64,000 nt of DNA from Octopus sinensis (lineage: Eukaryota): contig NC_043018.1 in NCBI RefSeq assembly GCF_006345805.1, positions 21,576,001 through 21,640,000 on the forward strand, given 5' to 3'. The notes beneath the pieces are model-generated. The model was given only the letters and a program-made list of their open reading frames with translations. It was not told where the DNA came from and did no database searches. A program made the translations under genes and the position numbers. The first letter of the stretch is position 1, and the number at the start of each line of letters is the position of its first letter. Of the stretch, positions 12,221-25,065 are shown piece by piece.

Positions 12221-12458
12221 AACAATTGCAGCGTGGAAGGTGTTTATAAGCCATTTAAGAAACACACAAAAACTGTTAGATTCACTTCAACATTTAAATT
12301 TAATTTGCCAATTAAATTTAAATGTTGAAGTGACTCTAACGGTTTTTGCGTGTTTCTTAAATGGCTTATAAACACCTTCCACGCTGCAATTGTTTTTGTT
12401 CTGGCACACGATCTCAGGTCAGGTCAGGTCACTTGCTATGCAAGTACATCTCCATAAT
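12221..12458 (+). mobile_element. Penelope-like terminal fragment with inverted 5' duplication (85-bp arms)
   Basis: Arms 12221-12305 and 12310-12394; 12-bp flanking duplication TTAGAAATTATT (12209-12220, 12459-12470); same family as 49161-49361. Confidence 0.65.
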
Positions 12459-12919
12459 TTAGAAATTATTTTTCTCTGAAAATATAGATTAGAGGTTTAT
12501 ACCTCACTACTGAGTTACAGACCAAGTACGAGTAGTAAGCTACAAAATTCTTGCAATCTCTTAATTTCCTGTAATTCAGACCACATTGTGGTCCCAGCAG
12601 ACAAAATGAAAAATGTGTTGCCCCAGATGATGGTGGGTGAGATGTGATGGAACAACCACTCTGACTTATGGGGCTTGCACTTGTGTATAACCATCACTGC
12701 TCCAATAGTGGTGATCAGGGATAAGGTCTGGGCAGGCCTGAGAACACCAGAGGTGTCCACTGCCACAGGCTTGACCATAAACCTATCAGAGTACAACTGA
12801 TATTTTGACAGTTTGCTCTTCTCAGCCTGGCAAGCAGTGGAGCCTGGTAGCTGAACACACCAAGTTGCTGATGGAGAAGGTGTTACGACATGTGGCATCC
12901 CAGGTGAGGAGCCTACCAC

Positions 12920-13300
12920 CACAGTCGCTCCCATACCTGGGACAGTGCTGCTACACAGGTATCCCAAACCCACAACGTTGTATTACTTCTTAATCTGCGA
13001 CTGTGCTACATTCAAAACACACAGATTAGATTGCATCCAAACATTCACAAACTTACTTCAACCACAGATCCACGGTTGTGTTGTGTTACCTTTTCATTTT
13101 TCTACAAATACTACAATGGCCTCTGTTCCTCAGAGCTGGCACTCACAACTCATCTCTCCTCTTCTCATCACCTAAGTTGTATCCACCATCCAGTGCTTTT
13201 ACCCCAGAATGATAGCCCTTGAGAATGCCCTTCCAGCTCATGTCTTTTGTACTGACATTGACTTTTCTAACAGTAAAGGAATTAATCTCAACCAATTCTG
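12920..13300 (+). pseudogene. Decayed LINE ORF2 C-terminus (Jockey/CR1-like group)
   Basis: Peptide FFYKYYNGLCSSELA resembles the LFYRYYHG.CSSEL motif of LINE C-termini. Confidence 0.45.
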
Positions 13301-13505
13301 AAGGACCTGTGAAGGTCCCCCACCTCTATTGCTAAGGTGATGATCAAAGAGAAAACACAAGCAGGGGCTTAGCACAAGAGGAATGTAATATGAAGGCAGT
13401 TTTTGTTGCGTGTTGATTAAGGATTAGAATAACAGGTAATTTGGTGATTTTAAGAAGGAGAGTTCACCTTAGGACTACACAAGTCACTCAAATATATTTG
13501 ATAGA

Positions 13506-14017
13506 CTAGCAGCATAGCCCGGCATTGCCCGGGTATGTAAGAGCCCCTAGTAGGCAACGACTAATCCCAATCTTGTCCTTTCCCTCTAATTTCCTGCCAA
13601 TTTGTGAAAGATATTGTCGAAAATATGTCATCTAGAATTTGAACGCGATTTCCTAAATTGGCATGATTTTATCGAATTTTTCTGATGGTAAGGTATTGCA
13701 TGGAAAACTAACGTTAGAATTAAGTTTCTTGGGGTAACATTAAGCTTCACCATGAGTTTGGTGAAAATCGATTGCAAGTTGCGAAAACTACAACAGAAAA
13801 TGTGTTGCATATAAAAAGCTTAGATTCTCGACCATATGTCGAATTTATAGATTTTTTTCAGAACTGGGGGAACTTTTCAAAATTTTCGCTGCGTTAGTTT
13901 TGAATTATGACATTGGGCTATGTGTGTGTCAAGTTTCATCAGAATCGGTTGAAAGCCGTGGTCAGGGTGAGGGTACAACCTGACAGACACACAAACTGCC
14001 GTTTATATATAGAGAGA
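13506..14017 (-). mobile_element. Non-autonomous Helitron
   Basis: Minus strand starts A|TCTCTCTATATATAAA, ends with a GC-rich hairpin (CCCGGGCAATGCCGGG) and CTAG|T; no TSD. Confidence 0.8.
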
Positions 14018-14293
14018 TAACACAGTTAAAAAATATCACAGTAGCCTGACTACTAAGATAGCAGCTACTTCAGTGATTTAAGAGGAGAACTAGTTAGCTC
14101 ATCACTACAGATATTCACTAAGATAATACAGTTAAGACTACCACAGTAAGCTAAACACTAAGATAACAGTTAAGTGATTTGAGATGAGGACAGTCACCCT
14201 GGGACTACAGAATCAGGATATTCAATGTTAAAATATAAAAAAATAACAAATATAGAAGGATCAACAACTTTTATATAATTTATCAGCAACTTA

Positions 14294-14878
14294 GGCGTAG
14301 GAGTGGCTGTGTGGTAAGTAGCTTGCTAACCAACCACATGGTTGCGGGTTCAGTCCCACTGCGTGGCATCTTGGGCAAGTGTCTTCTGCTATAGCCTCGC
14401 GCCGACCAAAGCCTTGTGAGTGGATTTGGTAGACGGAAACTAAAAGAAGCCTGTTGTATATATGTATGTACTAGTGGTTGGCGTTATGAAGGGTATCCAG
14501 CTGTAGAAACATTACCAGATAAGACTGGAGCCTGGTGCAGCCTTCTGGCTTCCCAGATCCCCGGTCGAACCATCCAACCCATGCTAGCATGGAGAACGGA
14601 CGTTAAATGATGATGATGATGATGATGATGATGATATATATATATATATGTATGTATGCGCGTGTGTGTATACGTTTGTGTGTCTGTGTTTGTCCCTCTA
14701 GCATTGCTTGACAACCGATGCTGGTGTGTTTACGTCCCCATCACTTAGCGGTTCGGCAAAAGAGACCAATAGAATAAGTACTGGGCTTACAAAGGATAAG
14801 TCCCGGGGCCGATTTGCTCGACTAAAGGTGGTGCTCCAGCATGGCTGCAGTTAAATGACTGAAAAGAGTAAAAGAGTA
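14294..14878 (+). mobile_element. SINE family A with an RTE family C 3' end (about 14473-14635) inserted in its internal microsatellite
   Basis: Both SINE halves are intact either side of GTGGTTGGCGTTATGAAGGG...(ATG)n. Confidence 0.85.
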
Positions 14879-15609
14879 ACTAATTAAGAATTATGTTCTC
14901 ACACCTCAAGTGTGTCTCGCCATTAGTTGTAGTACACCTGAGTTCTATACATAATAATAATTTTATTATTATATCTATTTTTTTTGCCACTCATAATTAG
15001 GGATTAATTATCCCCCTTGTATTAATTACTCGGTCTTTGTTGCTATGTTGCCAGGTAAAAATATTTGTTAATCATGTAATCATGCATGCATCTTCTTTTA
15101 ATAGTTGACTGAGGTGAGAGGGGAGTTGAAAGGACCGTGCATGGGTCTCTCAGTAAACAGATTCCACACAAAGATATGCAGGAACGAGAATTCGTTGAAA
15201 ACAGTCGTTCTTTGAACCGTCGACCTCTACCTCCACAACGCTACCACCAAGTCGTTATTTGGAACGACCTATCTTTTACACACACACACAATTTCTCAAC
15301 ACCGCCACGACCACTACCTGTCATAGTTATAGGTTTTTTTTTAAAGAACATGTCGCGTTGTCTCTATGTTGAAAGACAGAGAAAGACTAACCACAGTAAC
15401 TTCGTCATTAAAATAAAAGTTACAACATTGATTTGAGAAGAGGACAGTCACTTTGAGATAACAGGCGCTCACCAAGATAATACAGTTAAGATTATCACGG
15501 TAACCGGAGATAATCTGGACAGCTAATTAATTCAGTAGTAATTCCAGGCTAAGGTGAAGGTAGGACAGTTACCTGAACACACTTCATAAATCAGGATTTC
15601 TTATTTCAT

Positions 15610-16150
15610 ATTGAGATTACTCTGTCAAACGTAATGCTTATTTATGCGTATCCACGTTGTTTAGAATTAATCAGGCATTATCACGTGGTTTTGAGATTTT
15701 GATGATGTGTGACTTTGCTTTCAGAATCATATTATTGGGCAGGTGTGCGATGCCAAATCTGGCTGGTTTAATCCTTAACCATTCTGTCAAATGCGATGCT
15801 TATTGTTTTGAATTAAACCTGCATTATCTCGGAGCTTCAAGATTTCAATGATGTTATTGTTTATTTTTAGAATGACATTCTAGGATACGTGTGAGAGGCT
15901 GGATCTGGCCAGATTGACCATAAAACAGGCTGAGTATTTAAGGCCAGATATGGCTAGTTTAATTCTTTAGCATTCAGATTATTTTGTCTGATGTACAAAT
16001 GTAATGCTTATTTATTCATATTGCTTTGAAATAATCATACGTTATCTTGTAACTTTGAGATTTCAATGATGTGATTGTTTAATTTTAGAATGATGTTGTT
16101 GGGTAGGTGTGAGAGGCTGGATCTAACCAGTTTGAACAGAAAACAGGAGA
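15610..16150. mobile_element. Second tandem array (~3 units) of the 168-801 MITE family
   Basis: Repeated CAGATTACTCTGTCAAATGTAATGCTTA...GTGAGAGGCTGGATCTGG units. Confidence 0.65.
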
Positions 16151-16319
16151 AATATTATATAGTAGTGAGGTTATTCCTTTCCAGTCTTCCACAGACATGG
16201 CAAAATATTACCTTGCTTGGAAACAGGTGAGGGCATCCAGCCATAGAAAATCTGTCTCAGCAAATTCTGTCTGGCCCAGGCAAACATGGAGGACAGATGT
16301 TAAATAATGATAATGATTG

Positions 16320-17220
16320 TCATCGTCATCACCATCATCCTTTAATGTCAGTTTCCCATGTTGGCACAGGTTGGACGGATTGATAGGAGAGCTGCATCAA
16401 GCTCCAGCCTGATTTGGCATGGTTTCTGCTGCTGGATGCCCTTCATAATGCTAACCCCTTTACAGAGTGTGCTGGGTGCTTTTTACGTGGCACCACACAA
16501 GTGCTCTTATGTGGCCCCAGCACAAGACTCTTGCATGCTAATCCTCTTCAGCAGGGGAAGTGGCCTTAACACTTCTGAAAGGTTCAGTTCTCAGAGGTCG
16601 TTCATCAATGCTTCGTCCCATGTCTTCCATCCACTTTGAGAGATCAGCACTTCTTCATGGAACTGTCGGCATCCATCTGCACCACATGTCCAAACCGGCA
16701 CAGTCTTCCCTCTCAATGCATTAGCACTCTGTCCAACATGAACATATCCAGCAGAGCATACTGGCCTCATTCCTTTCTAACCTTTGCATGTCCTCTGTAA
16801 TGAAGGCCCATGTCTCAATACCTATTTCTTTATTACCCACAAGGGGCTAAACATAGAGGGGACAAACAAGGACAGACATAGGTATTAAGTCGATTACATC
16901 GTCCCCAGTGCATAACGATACTTTATTTATCGACCCCGAAAGGATGAAAGGCAAAGTCGACCTCGCCGGAATTTGAACTCAGAACGTAACGACAGACGAA
17001 ATACCGCTAAGCATTTTGCCCGGCGCGCTAACGTTTCTGCCAGCTCGCCATGTCTCAATACCATGTAAAACTACTGTCCATATGCATGCACCCTGCAATC
17101 TTCCTTTCATTCAGAGAGAGAAACCTTTTGTGGCCGACAGATGTAAAAGCTCTCAGAATTTTCCCCATCCTATTCTTTTTCTGGCTATTACACTCTCTGT
17201 ACATCTTCCCCAACTACTAA
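16320..17220 (-). pseudogene. Decayed RTE LINE (family C): ORF C-terminus plus 3' UTR, interrupted by SINE D
   Basis: Minus-strand remnants LHGIETWA (LYGSETW-like), RRLCRFGHV and KTWDEALMNDL, then GCCACGTAAAAAGCACC and an (ATG)n-like tail. Confidence 0.65.
16823..17049 (-). mobile_element. tRNA-derived SINE family D (Meta-domain-like), full length with TSD
   Basis: Head GGCGAGCTGGCAGAAACGTTAG, B box GAGTTCAAATTCC, GGTCGACTTTGCCTTTCATCCTTTCGGGGTCGATAAA; duplication CCATGTCTCAATACC (16808-16822, 17048-17062). Confidence 0.85.
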
Positions 17221-17235
17221 TTTGGTATATGAGAT

Positions 17236-17268
<33 letters not shown>

Positions 17269-17490
17269 CACACATATATATGGGCTTCTTTTAGTTCCCA
17301 TCCACAAAATCTAATCCCAATCCATTGGTTAATCTCGGATACTTGCTCAAGATGCCACGCAGTGGGACAGAACCCAAAACCATGAGATTACCAAGAAAAC
17401 TTCTTCACCGCACAGCCATAATACGAGTGCGTGAGTTTGTTCTGAAAATCTGGCTTTAAACAAATGTGTACACAGACACACACACACAAA

Positions 17491-17528
<38 letters not shown>

Positions 17529-17929
17529 AGGTTGAGGTTGTTCTGTAAATATGGTTGTAAGACAGCGCCATATTAGTGAAGAATTCTTTAATCCGATTGA
17601 TCTCATTACTATTCAATTCATCTGTCAAGAAGCCACTCTAGATATTGGAAACCATTAACGCCAACTACACTACCCTCTGCCAATCCTTCTTCCCCCCCAT
17701 CCATCGCAGCTCTGCTACTGCCTACCCTGGGGCGGTAATATCACATGCTCTACATGGTTCTCTGTTCAACGTTTCAACAATTCTCTTTGACTCTGTTGGC
17801 ATTAAAAATAGAACCATTTCCTCTGAAAGTAATTTAGATCAGACACTGTCTTGGTCTTCTACTTCTCACCTATTCCAACAATCCTTAATTCACACAAACT
17901 GTTTTCAAGACAAACCAATATTCCAGGTC

Positions 17930-18011
<82 letters not shown>

Positions 18012-18310
18012 ACACACACACACAATGTACAAAATCAAACATGAGTGTGTATGTGTGTGTATAGACAGATAGATAGAGAGGGACAGGAAGAGAGAAAAAA
18101 GAAGAGGAAAAAGGAAGGGGGGAGAATAACAGAGAAGGGAGAGAGAGACTTTAAGAGAGGAAGAGACAAGAAGAAAAAGGGAGAAAGGAAGGAAGAAGAG
18201 AGAAGGGAGGGACAAAGTGTGAGAGGGAGGAAAGGAGAGGGTGGCTGGAGAGAGGGAGAGATAGGAAGTGAGATGAAAGGAGAGAGGGAGAGGAAGAGAC
18301 ACAGAAAAAA

Positions 18311-18530
18311 GGGAGAGGAACTGGGGAGGAAAAGAGGGAGAAAAGTGAAAGAGAGCAAATAAGAAGGGGAGGGAGGAGAGGAAGAGGGAGAGGAACTGGG
18401 GAGGTAAAGAGGGAGAAAAGTGAAAGAGAGCAAATAAGAAGGGGAGGGAGGAGAGGAAGAGGGAGAGGAACTGGGGAGGAAAAGAGGAAGAAAAGTGAAA
18501 GAGAGCAAATAAGAGGGGGAGGGAGGAGAG
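18311..18530. repeat. 75-bp purine-rich tandem repeat x3
   Basis: GGGAGAGGAACTGGGG recurs at 18311, 18386 and 18461. Confidence 0.9.
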
Positions 18531-19051
18531 AGAAAGAGAGAGAGAGAGGGAGGGAGGGAGTTAGAGGGATAAAAAGGAGACTTGAAGTGTGGACTTGTAA
18601 ATGTACACTTAGACCCTCTTTTGATAATAGGGTTCAGTGGTCATTAGATGTAATTATAGGGCTGCGGTTATTATGGAGATGAGGAATCAGCAAAAGACCC
18701 CTTATTCCACCCCCATCTCACCTCTTAATAACAGGAACTAAAAATAGAAGAGATATTGGAGCCAAATCAATATGTGGAGGGAGATAACACCACAAGGCAT
18801 TGTGCTGGGCACAGCTATTCACTAACAAAGATAAATATATACATAGATACAACCGTGTGTGTGTGAAGTAAATAGACACCCCATAAAACATTTTATGTTT
18901 ATTTTGACTTGTAAAGGTTTATATTTTTTATTAATTGACATTTTTATGTTTCAGGTTCTCTATATGACTAATCATGCCACGTACAAAAGAAGCCCTGGAA
19001 CTGTCTGAATTCCAAAGAGGCTGTATTGTGGGTCAATCTGAATGTGTGGGC

Positions 19052-19365
19052 TTCTCTCTCTCTCTCTATCCGCTCAGTCGAAGTCGACTCTCGGTCACTC
19101 GTTGGATCAGTGTCCTCCAGTCAGTTCTATCCTGGGCCGCTTCTTTCACACTGGCTATGTCCATTCCGGTATCACTCCTGATGGTGTCAAGCCAGAGGGT
19201 TCTTGGTCGGCCTCTTCCTCTCTTGCCACTAACCATTCCGAGCATGATGTCCTTCTCCAGGGATTTTCTCCGCGTAATATGACCGAAATATGCCAATCTA
19301 TGCTTGGTGATCCTTAGCTTCTAGCGACATTTTCGGCCTTATCTGCTTAAGAACTTCTCCATTGG
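19052..19365 (-). mobile_element. 5'-truncated RTE (BovB-like) LINE 3' end
   Basis: YFGHITRRKSLEKDIMLGMVSGKRGRGRPRTLWLDTI...DRTDWRTLIQRVTESRLRLSG*. Confidence 0.85.
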
Positions 19366-19375
19366 TGAGCCTCGC

Positions 19376-19432
<57 letters not shown>

Positions 19433-19441
19433 CCCATCCCC

Positions 19442-19643
19442 ATCTATCCGCTCAGTCGAAGTCGACTCTCGGTCACTCGTTGGATCAGTGTCCTCCAGTC
19501 AGTTCTATCCTGGGCCGCTTCTTTCAGACTGGCTATGTCCATTCCGGTATCACTCCTGATGGTGTCAAGCCAGCGGGTTCTTGGTCGGCCTCTTCCTCTC
19601 TTGCCACTGACCATTCCGAGCATGATGTCCTTCTCCGGGGATT
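19442..19643 (-). mobile_element. Second, shorter copy of the same RTE 3' end
   Basis: Near-identical to 19066-19268. Confidence 0.85.
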
Positions 19644-20411
19644 CTCAGTGTGAAATCACATAAAACCATGGGGTCCTGTTTTCTGCAGTTAACAGAATGA
19701 TTGTGCAATTCACCAGAGAGGGGAGGAGGAGTCCATATCACCTTGCCCAGGTCAATCAGGGTCCTCTGACAGGACCCTTCTCTTTGCTAAGAGAAGTGTG
19801 GAGGGTAATCTTTGTTGCAAGGCTTCTGACATAGCAGAACAAGTTGATGTTAGCCCCAGAACAGCTCTCGGGTATCTCTACAAACTTGGTTACTATGGAA
19901 GAGCAGTGTAGTGTGTGTGTGTATATGTATGTATGTATGTGTATGTTCATGTGTGTATGTGTCGAGGTTGTGTGTGTGGGGAATAACTGTGCTTTACTTT
20001 GTGTATGCGTGCGTGTGTGCTTGTATGTGCTGGGAAGTGGTCAGTGCTAGTGTGTGCGTGGTGGTGTGATGTGATGTAATGTGTTGTGTGGTATGGTGGT
20101 GTATGGTTTAATGGTGTGGTGTGATGGTGTTGGGAAGTGAGAGAGGCAAGAGTGAGGAAAGCAATGGTGGGGTGTGAGTTAGGCTGAGGATGGAGGTAGA
20201 GGTGGGGTATGTGAGAGTGGGTGTAAGGGATGGGATGGATGGGAAGGTGGGGTTGGAATGTGTAGGGGTGGGGTTGGGTTACGAGGGAGGGGTGATGATG
20301 AAGGGTGAAGGAGAAGGTGGGTAGGAGTGAAGAGAAGAAGTAGCAGTTAGAGCAAGAGAGGAGAGGTGGGTGGGATAAAGTAGGCGTGAGAGGGAGAGAG
20401 GTGAGGGGAGG

Positions 20412-20573
20412 AGAGTTGAGCCCATGTGGGGCAAAGGAGCAAAGAGAGAAGATTAATCCCTGTTCACGGTGCAAACGGGAGTCCGGATGCAAGGACAATC
20501 TGAACATGGACAGGTGTTGCAAAGAGTGACCGGAAGAGCGGAAATGGCGCGAGACCGGGGTGTCATTTCCAGG
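20412..20573 (-). pseudogene. Penelope-like element GIY-YIG endonuclease C-terminal fragment
   Basis: PGNDTPVSRHFRSSGHSLQHLSMFRL...RLHREQGLIFSLCSFAPHGLN matches the PVA.HF...GHS...RE..WI..L....P.GLN pattern. Confidence 0.8.
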
Positions 20574-20836
20574 TCTTTCTTTTTACTTGTTTCAGTGATT
20601 TGACTGCGGTCATGCTGGGGCACCACCTTGAAGGGTTTTAGTCAAAGAAATCGCACCCCAGGACTTATTCTTTTGTAAGCCTAGTACTTATTCTATCGGT
20701 CCATTTTGCCAAACCGCTAAGTTATGGGGATGTAAACACACCAACATCAGTTATCAAGCGATGAGGGAGACAGAGAGACACAAACACACACACACATATA
20801 TATATATTTTATATATATATATATTTATATATATAT

Positions 20837-20877
<41 letters not shown>

Positions 20878-20929
20878 GTATATATATATACATACATATA
20901 TATATATTTATATATATACATACATATAC

Positions 20930-20964
<35 letters not shown>

Positions 20965-21185
20965 CATACATATATACATACATACATATATATATATATA
21001 TACATACATACATATATATATATATACACAATGGGTTTCTTTCAGTTTCCATCTACCAAATTCACTCCCAAGGCTTTAGTTGGCTCAAGGCTATAGTAGA
21101 AGACAGCTGGCCAAGGTGTCATGCAGTAGGACTGAACCGGGAACCATGTGGTTGGTAAACAAGCTTCTTACACACTTTTGCCTGC
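20574..21185 (-). mobile_element. SINE family A with expanded (TA)/(TACA) microsatellite
   Basis: Reverse complement of family A tail and head. Confidence 0.85.
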
Positions 21186-21531
21186 ACTTTTCTCTTTTTA
21201 GTTTCAAGTACATGATTGTCTTTTTTTTTTTATTCCACAGTTTTTTGATTTTTTTGATTTTTTTTTTTTTTGTGTATGACATCCAGTGATAACATCAACC
21301 AGGAATAGGAAACATTATTTCATTGTGTGTGTGTGTGTGTGTGTGTACTCAGAACACATGCACATACATACATAGACACGCACACATGCTCCCAAGTTAA
21401 TCTGAATAATGAGTGACAGTTTTATGCGTATATAACTATATGTAGGAGCTGTTGTTCCATTGTTGTCTGATATCAAGCTTTTAACAATGTATTAATCCAT
21501 ACACTGACTTTATTTGTGTTTGTGTGTATAA

Positions 21532-21566
<35 letters not shown>

Positions 21567-21643
21567 TATATATACACCAAGTACAATAGGTGTGTATGTA
21601 TTCTGATATATCTCTATATATAAAATATATATATATATGCATA

Positions 21644-21678
<35 letters not shown>

Positions 21679-21694
21679 GCATGTGTGTTGGTGG

Positions 21695-21745
<51 letters not shown>

Positions 21746-21813
21746 TATCAATTTAGAACGGACGCTAAATGATGATGATGATATATATATATATATATAC
21801 ATGTGTGTGTATG

Positions 21814-21858
<45 letters not shown>

Positions 21859-21869
21859 GCATGTGTGTG

Positions 21870-21916
<47 letters not shown>

Positions 21917-22282
21917 GCATGTGGTGTGTGTATATATAAAATATATTTATATATGCATGTTGTGTATATATATACTCTACACATGTATTCAATGTCTATT
22001 TTTATCCATGTGAATTTCTTCTACGGGTAAAAAAAAAAAAAGGAAAATATAAAGGAAGGAAATAAAGGAAAAAAACTCAGGAAAAGAGAAACATAGACAA
22101 ACAGACAGACATGCTATAGATAGATACAGATACCATAAATAGAAACAGACACACAGACAGACATGCTATAGTTACATACAGACAGACAGACATTCTCAAC
22201 CGCTTTTACCTACGGACTCCTTTGATTTCTGTTTTATTTGAGTGGACCCTCACAGCAATTACGTTAAAAATCTCATTAAATA

Positions 22283-22676
22283 CTGGCAGTATCGCCCAGC
22301 GTTGCTCGGTTTTAAGGGAAATAACTATATAAGCATTTTTAGAGAGTTATAACCAAAAAATAGCAAAAAAATGCATTAAAAACGGGAAAAAAATGATAGT
22401 AAATTTTTTTTTAAATCGTTGACTCATCGTAGACATTTTTAGAGAGTTACTTCCCTTATATAATAGCGAAAAAATGCATTAAAATGGAAAAAATGATGGT
22501 AAATTTTTTTTAAATCGTAGACTCATCGTAGGCGCGCGCTAATACCCAGAAGGGCTCGATATGAATCACAACTATAAGATACCCGGTTTTGGTTAAACTT
22601 CACCGCAAAATGTGGGAGCAGTTAGGAATCTAAATCGTAGGAGACAGACACACAACCTCTCTTTTATATATAAAGA
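22283..22676 (-). mobile_element. Non-autonomous Helitron, apparently nested in a hAT-like MITE (about 22188-22805)
   Basis: Minus strand A|TCTTTATATATAAAA start, 3' hairpin CCGAGCAACGCTGGG and CCAG|T end; flanks carry TTCTCAACC... and ...GGTTTGAAAACCAC. Confidence 0.65.
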
Positions 22677-23319
22677 TTATTTGGAATTTGCATTAAAAAT
22701 ATTTTGTGTATTGTAGAAGTTATAACCAGATTATTGCAGAAAAATATTAATAAGATTTTATACGGACCCTCAAGGGCTATATGGACCCTGGTTTGAAAAC
22801 CACGGCTGTAGATAGCGAAATACCTATTAAGGATAGGTAGAGAGATTGTCAAGATCTGTGACCGACTAACTGTTGGATTTTCTGAATGGCACACCTAATG
22901 AAAAATTACCTTCATTTATATTTACCTATCTATCTATATTTTCTGTCTATCAACCTATCCTCACCACGTTACCTTTCAATATTATCTATTTATATAATCT
23001 ATCTTACCTGTCTGTCTGTCTTATATGTCTACCTGTCAGTCCATCTATCTGCATATCTATCTATCTATTATTTGTCTTTTTGTATTACCTGTCCATGTAT
23101 TTATCTGTTTGTGTCTGTTGTATTTGTCTGTCTATAGTACCTGTCTGTTTGTACCTGTCTATTTGTATTATATGTGTACTGCACCTGCCTGTCTATATGT
23201 CTATAGTATCTGTGTATCTATCTATCTATACTACCTTTCCATAGTATCAACCTCTCTATTTAGACCAGACACGGGAAGCCTTTTTCAAGATGTGGGCCAT
23301 ATGAGATATAGAGAGATAG

Positions 23320-23413
23320 ATCATAATAGATAGATAGAGAAACAGACAGACAGATAGATAGCTAAATAGACGGACAGACGATAATAGATAGATAGATAGA
23401 TAGATAGAGGATA

Positions 23414-23454
<41 letters not shown>

Positions 23455-23459
23455 GGATA

Positions 23460-23504
<45 letters not shown>

Positions 23505-23577
23505 GAGATAGATAGATAAATAGATAGACAAATAGATAGACAGATAGATAGATAAATAGATAGACAAATAGATAGAC

Positions 23578-23636
<59 letters not shown>

Positions 23637-23729
23637 CAAATAGATAGACAAATAGATAGATAGATAGATAAATAGATAGACAAATAGATAGACAGATAGA
23701 TAGATAAATAGATAGACAAATAGATAGAC

Positions 23730-23775
<46 letters not shown>

Positions 23776-23855
23776 GCAGACAGATGATAATAGATAGACA
23801 GACAGATAGATAGATAGACAGACAGATAGATAGACAGACAGACAGATAGATACAG
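23320..23855. repeat. (GATA)n/(GACA)n microsatellite
   Basis: Seen directly. Confidence 0.95.
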
Positions 23856-24044
23856 TTATATGAAGTGAATTCAGTCAATTTGCTGATAGTCCACTGAAGG
23901 TGTAAGCCCTTCTGTAAACCTATCCTGTGAAGTAAGGCTGGTCACACAAGTTTGCATCCAGAATCCAACCTGCAAGGGAAGGCTATATACGTGTGTGTGT
24001 GCGTGTCTATATATACATATGCACTCACAGTTATGTAGATATAG

Positions 24045-24103
<59 letters not shown>

Positions 24104-24104
<1 letters not shown>

Positions 24105-24496
24105 CGCAGGAGTGGCTGTGTGGTAAGTAGCTTGTTAACCAACCACATGGTTCCGGGTTCAGTCCCACTGCGTGGCATCTTGGGCAAGTGTCTTCTGCTA
24201 TAGCCCCGGGCCGACCAATGCCTTGTGAGTAGATTTGGTAGGCGGAAACTGAAAGAAGCCTGTCGTATATATGTATATATATATTTGTGTGTGTTTGTGT
24301 GTGTGTTTGTCCCCCTAACATTGCTTGACAACCGATGCTGGTGTGTTTACGTCCCCATAACTTAGCGGTTCGGCAAAAGAGACCGATAGAATAAGTACTG
24401 GGCTTACAAAGAATAAGTCCCGGGGTCGATTTGCTCGACTAAAAGGCGGTGCTCCAGCATGGCCGCAGTCAAATGACTGAAACAAGTAGAAGAGTA
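24104..24496 (+). mobile_element. SINE family A, full length
   Basis: Colinear with family A. Confidence 0.9.
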
Positions 24497-25065
24497 ATAT
24501 ATATATATATATATATTTAAACACACATGTACACACACATACATATATACATACACACATATAGGTAAAATGTTATCAGTGAACTGCAAGACCCTACCCT
24601 ACCCCCCACCGTTATTGTATTAATTAATCCAACCTTACCCCCCCCCACCCTGCCACTACCAATGGCCTGGCACTATTGAGCTTTTCTCATCTCCCGACTG
24701 CTATGATTTCTTCAATTAAGACGCAATTAGTTTAGCAGATATTTATTTATCACTCGTTTGGAATGTTAATTAAATAGACATTGTCTTCAACACCATTTTT
24801 AAGACCAATATTTACACTAATTAACAATTATTTTCTAATTAGGATCTTGTTTTCTTTGCAAATGAAGATTGCTAAAACAGTCTTTATTTTCCTCATGTGC
24901 TCGCTGCTACTCTGAGTTGAGGGGAAAATAATGCCACTGCAGTTTTTGTTCCAGTTCGTCATATTCTGAGTTCAAATCCCACCAAGGTCAAAGCTTATAT
25001 TTGTCCTTCTGGGGTCGATAAAATAAAGTAGCATTTATGTACAGGGGTTGATATACCAGGCTTGT

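Larger units (their letters stand above)
18974..19905 (+). pseudogene. Tc1/mariner transposase N-terminal relic interrupted by two RTE fragments
   Basis: MPRTKEALELSEFQRGCIVGQSEC resumes after about 19645 as SQCEIT*NHGVLFSAVNRMIVQFTREG...KASDIAEQVDVSPRTALGYLYKLGYYGRA, a paired-like HTH region with a stop and a frameshift. Confidence 0.75.

Noticed and set aside
20528-20560. CpG-rich ETS/YY1-like promoter motif cluster CCGGAAGAGCGGAAATGGCG
   Set aside because: Explained as the reverse strand of Penelope GIY-YIG codons (PVSRHFRSSGH).
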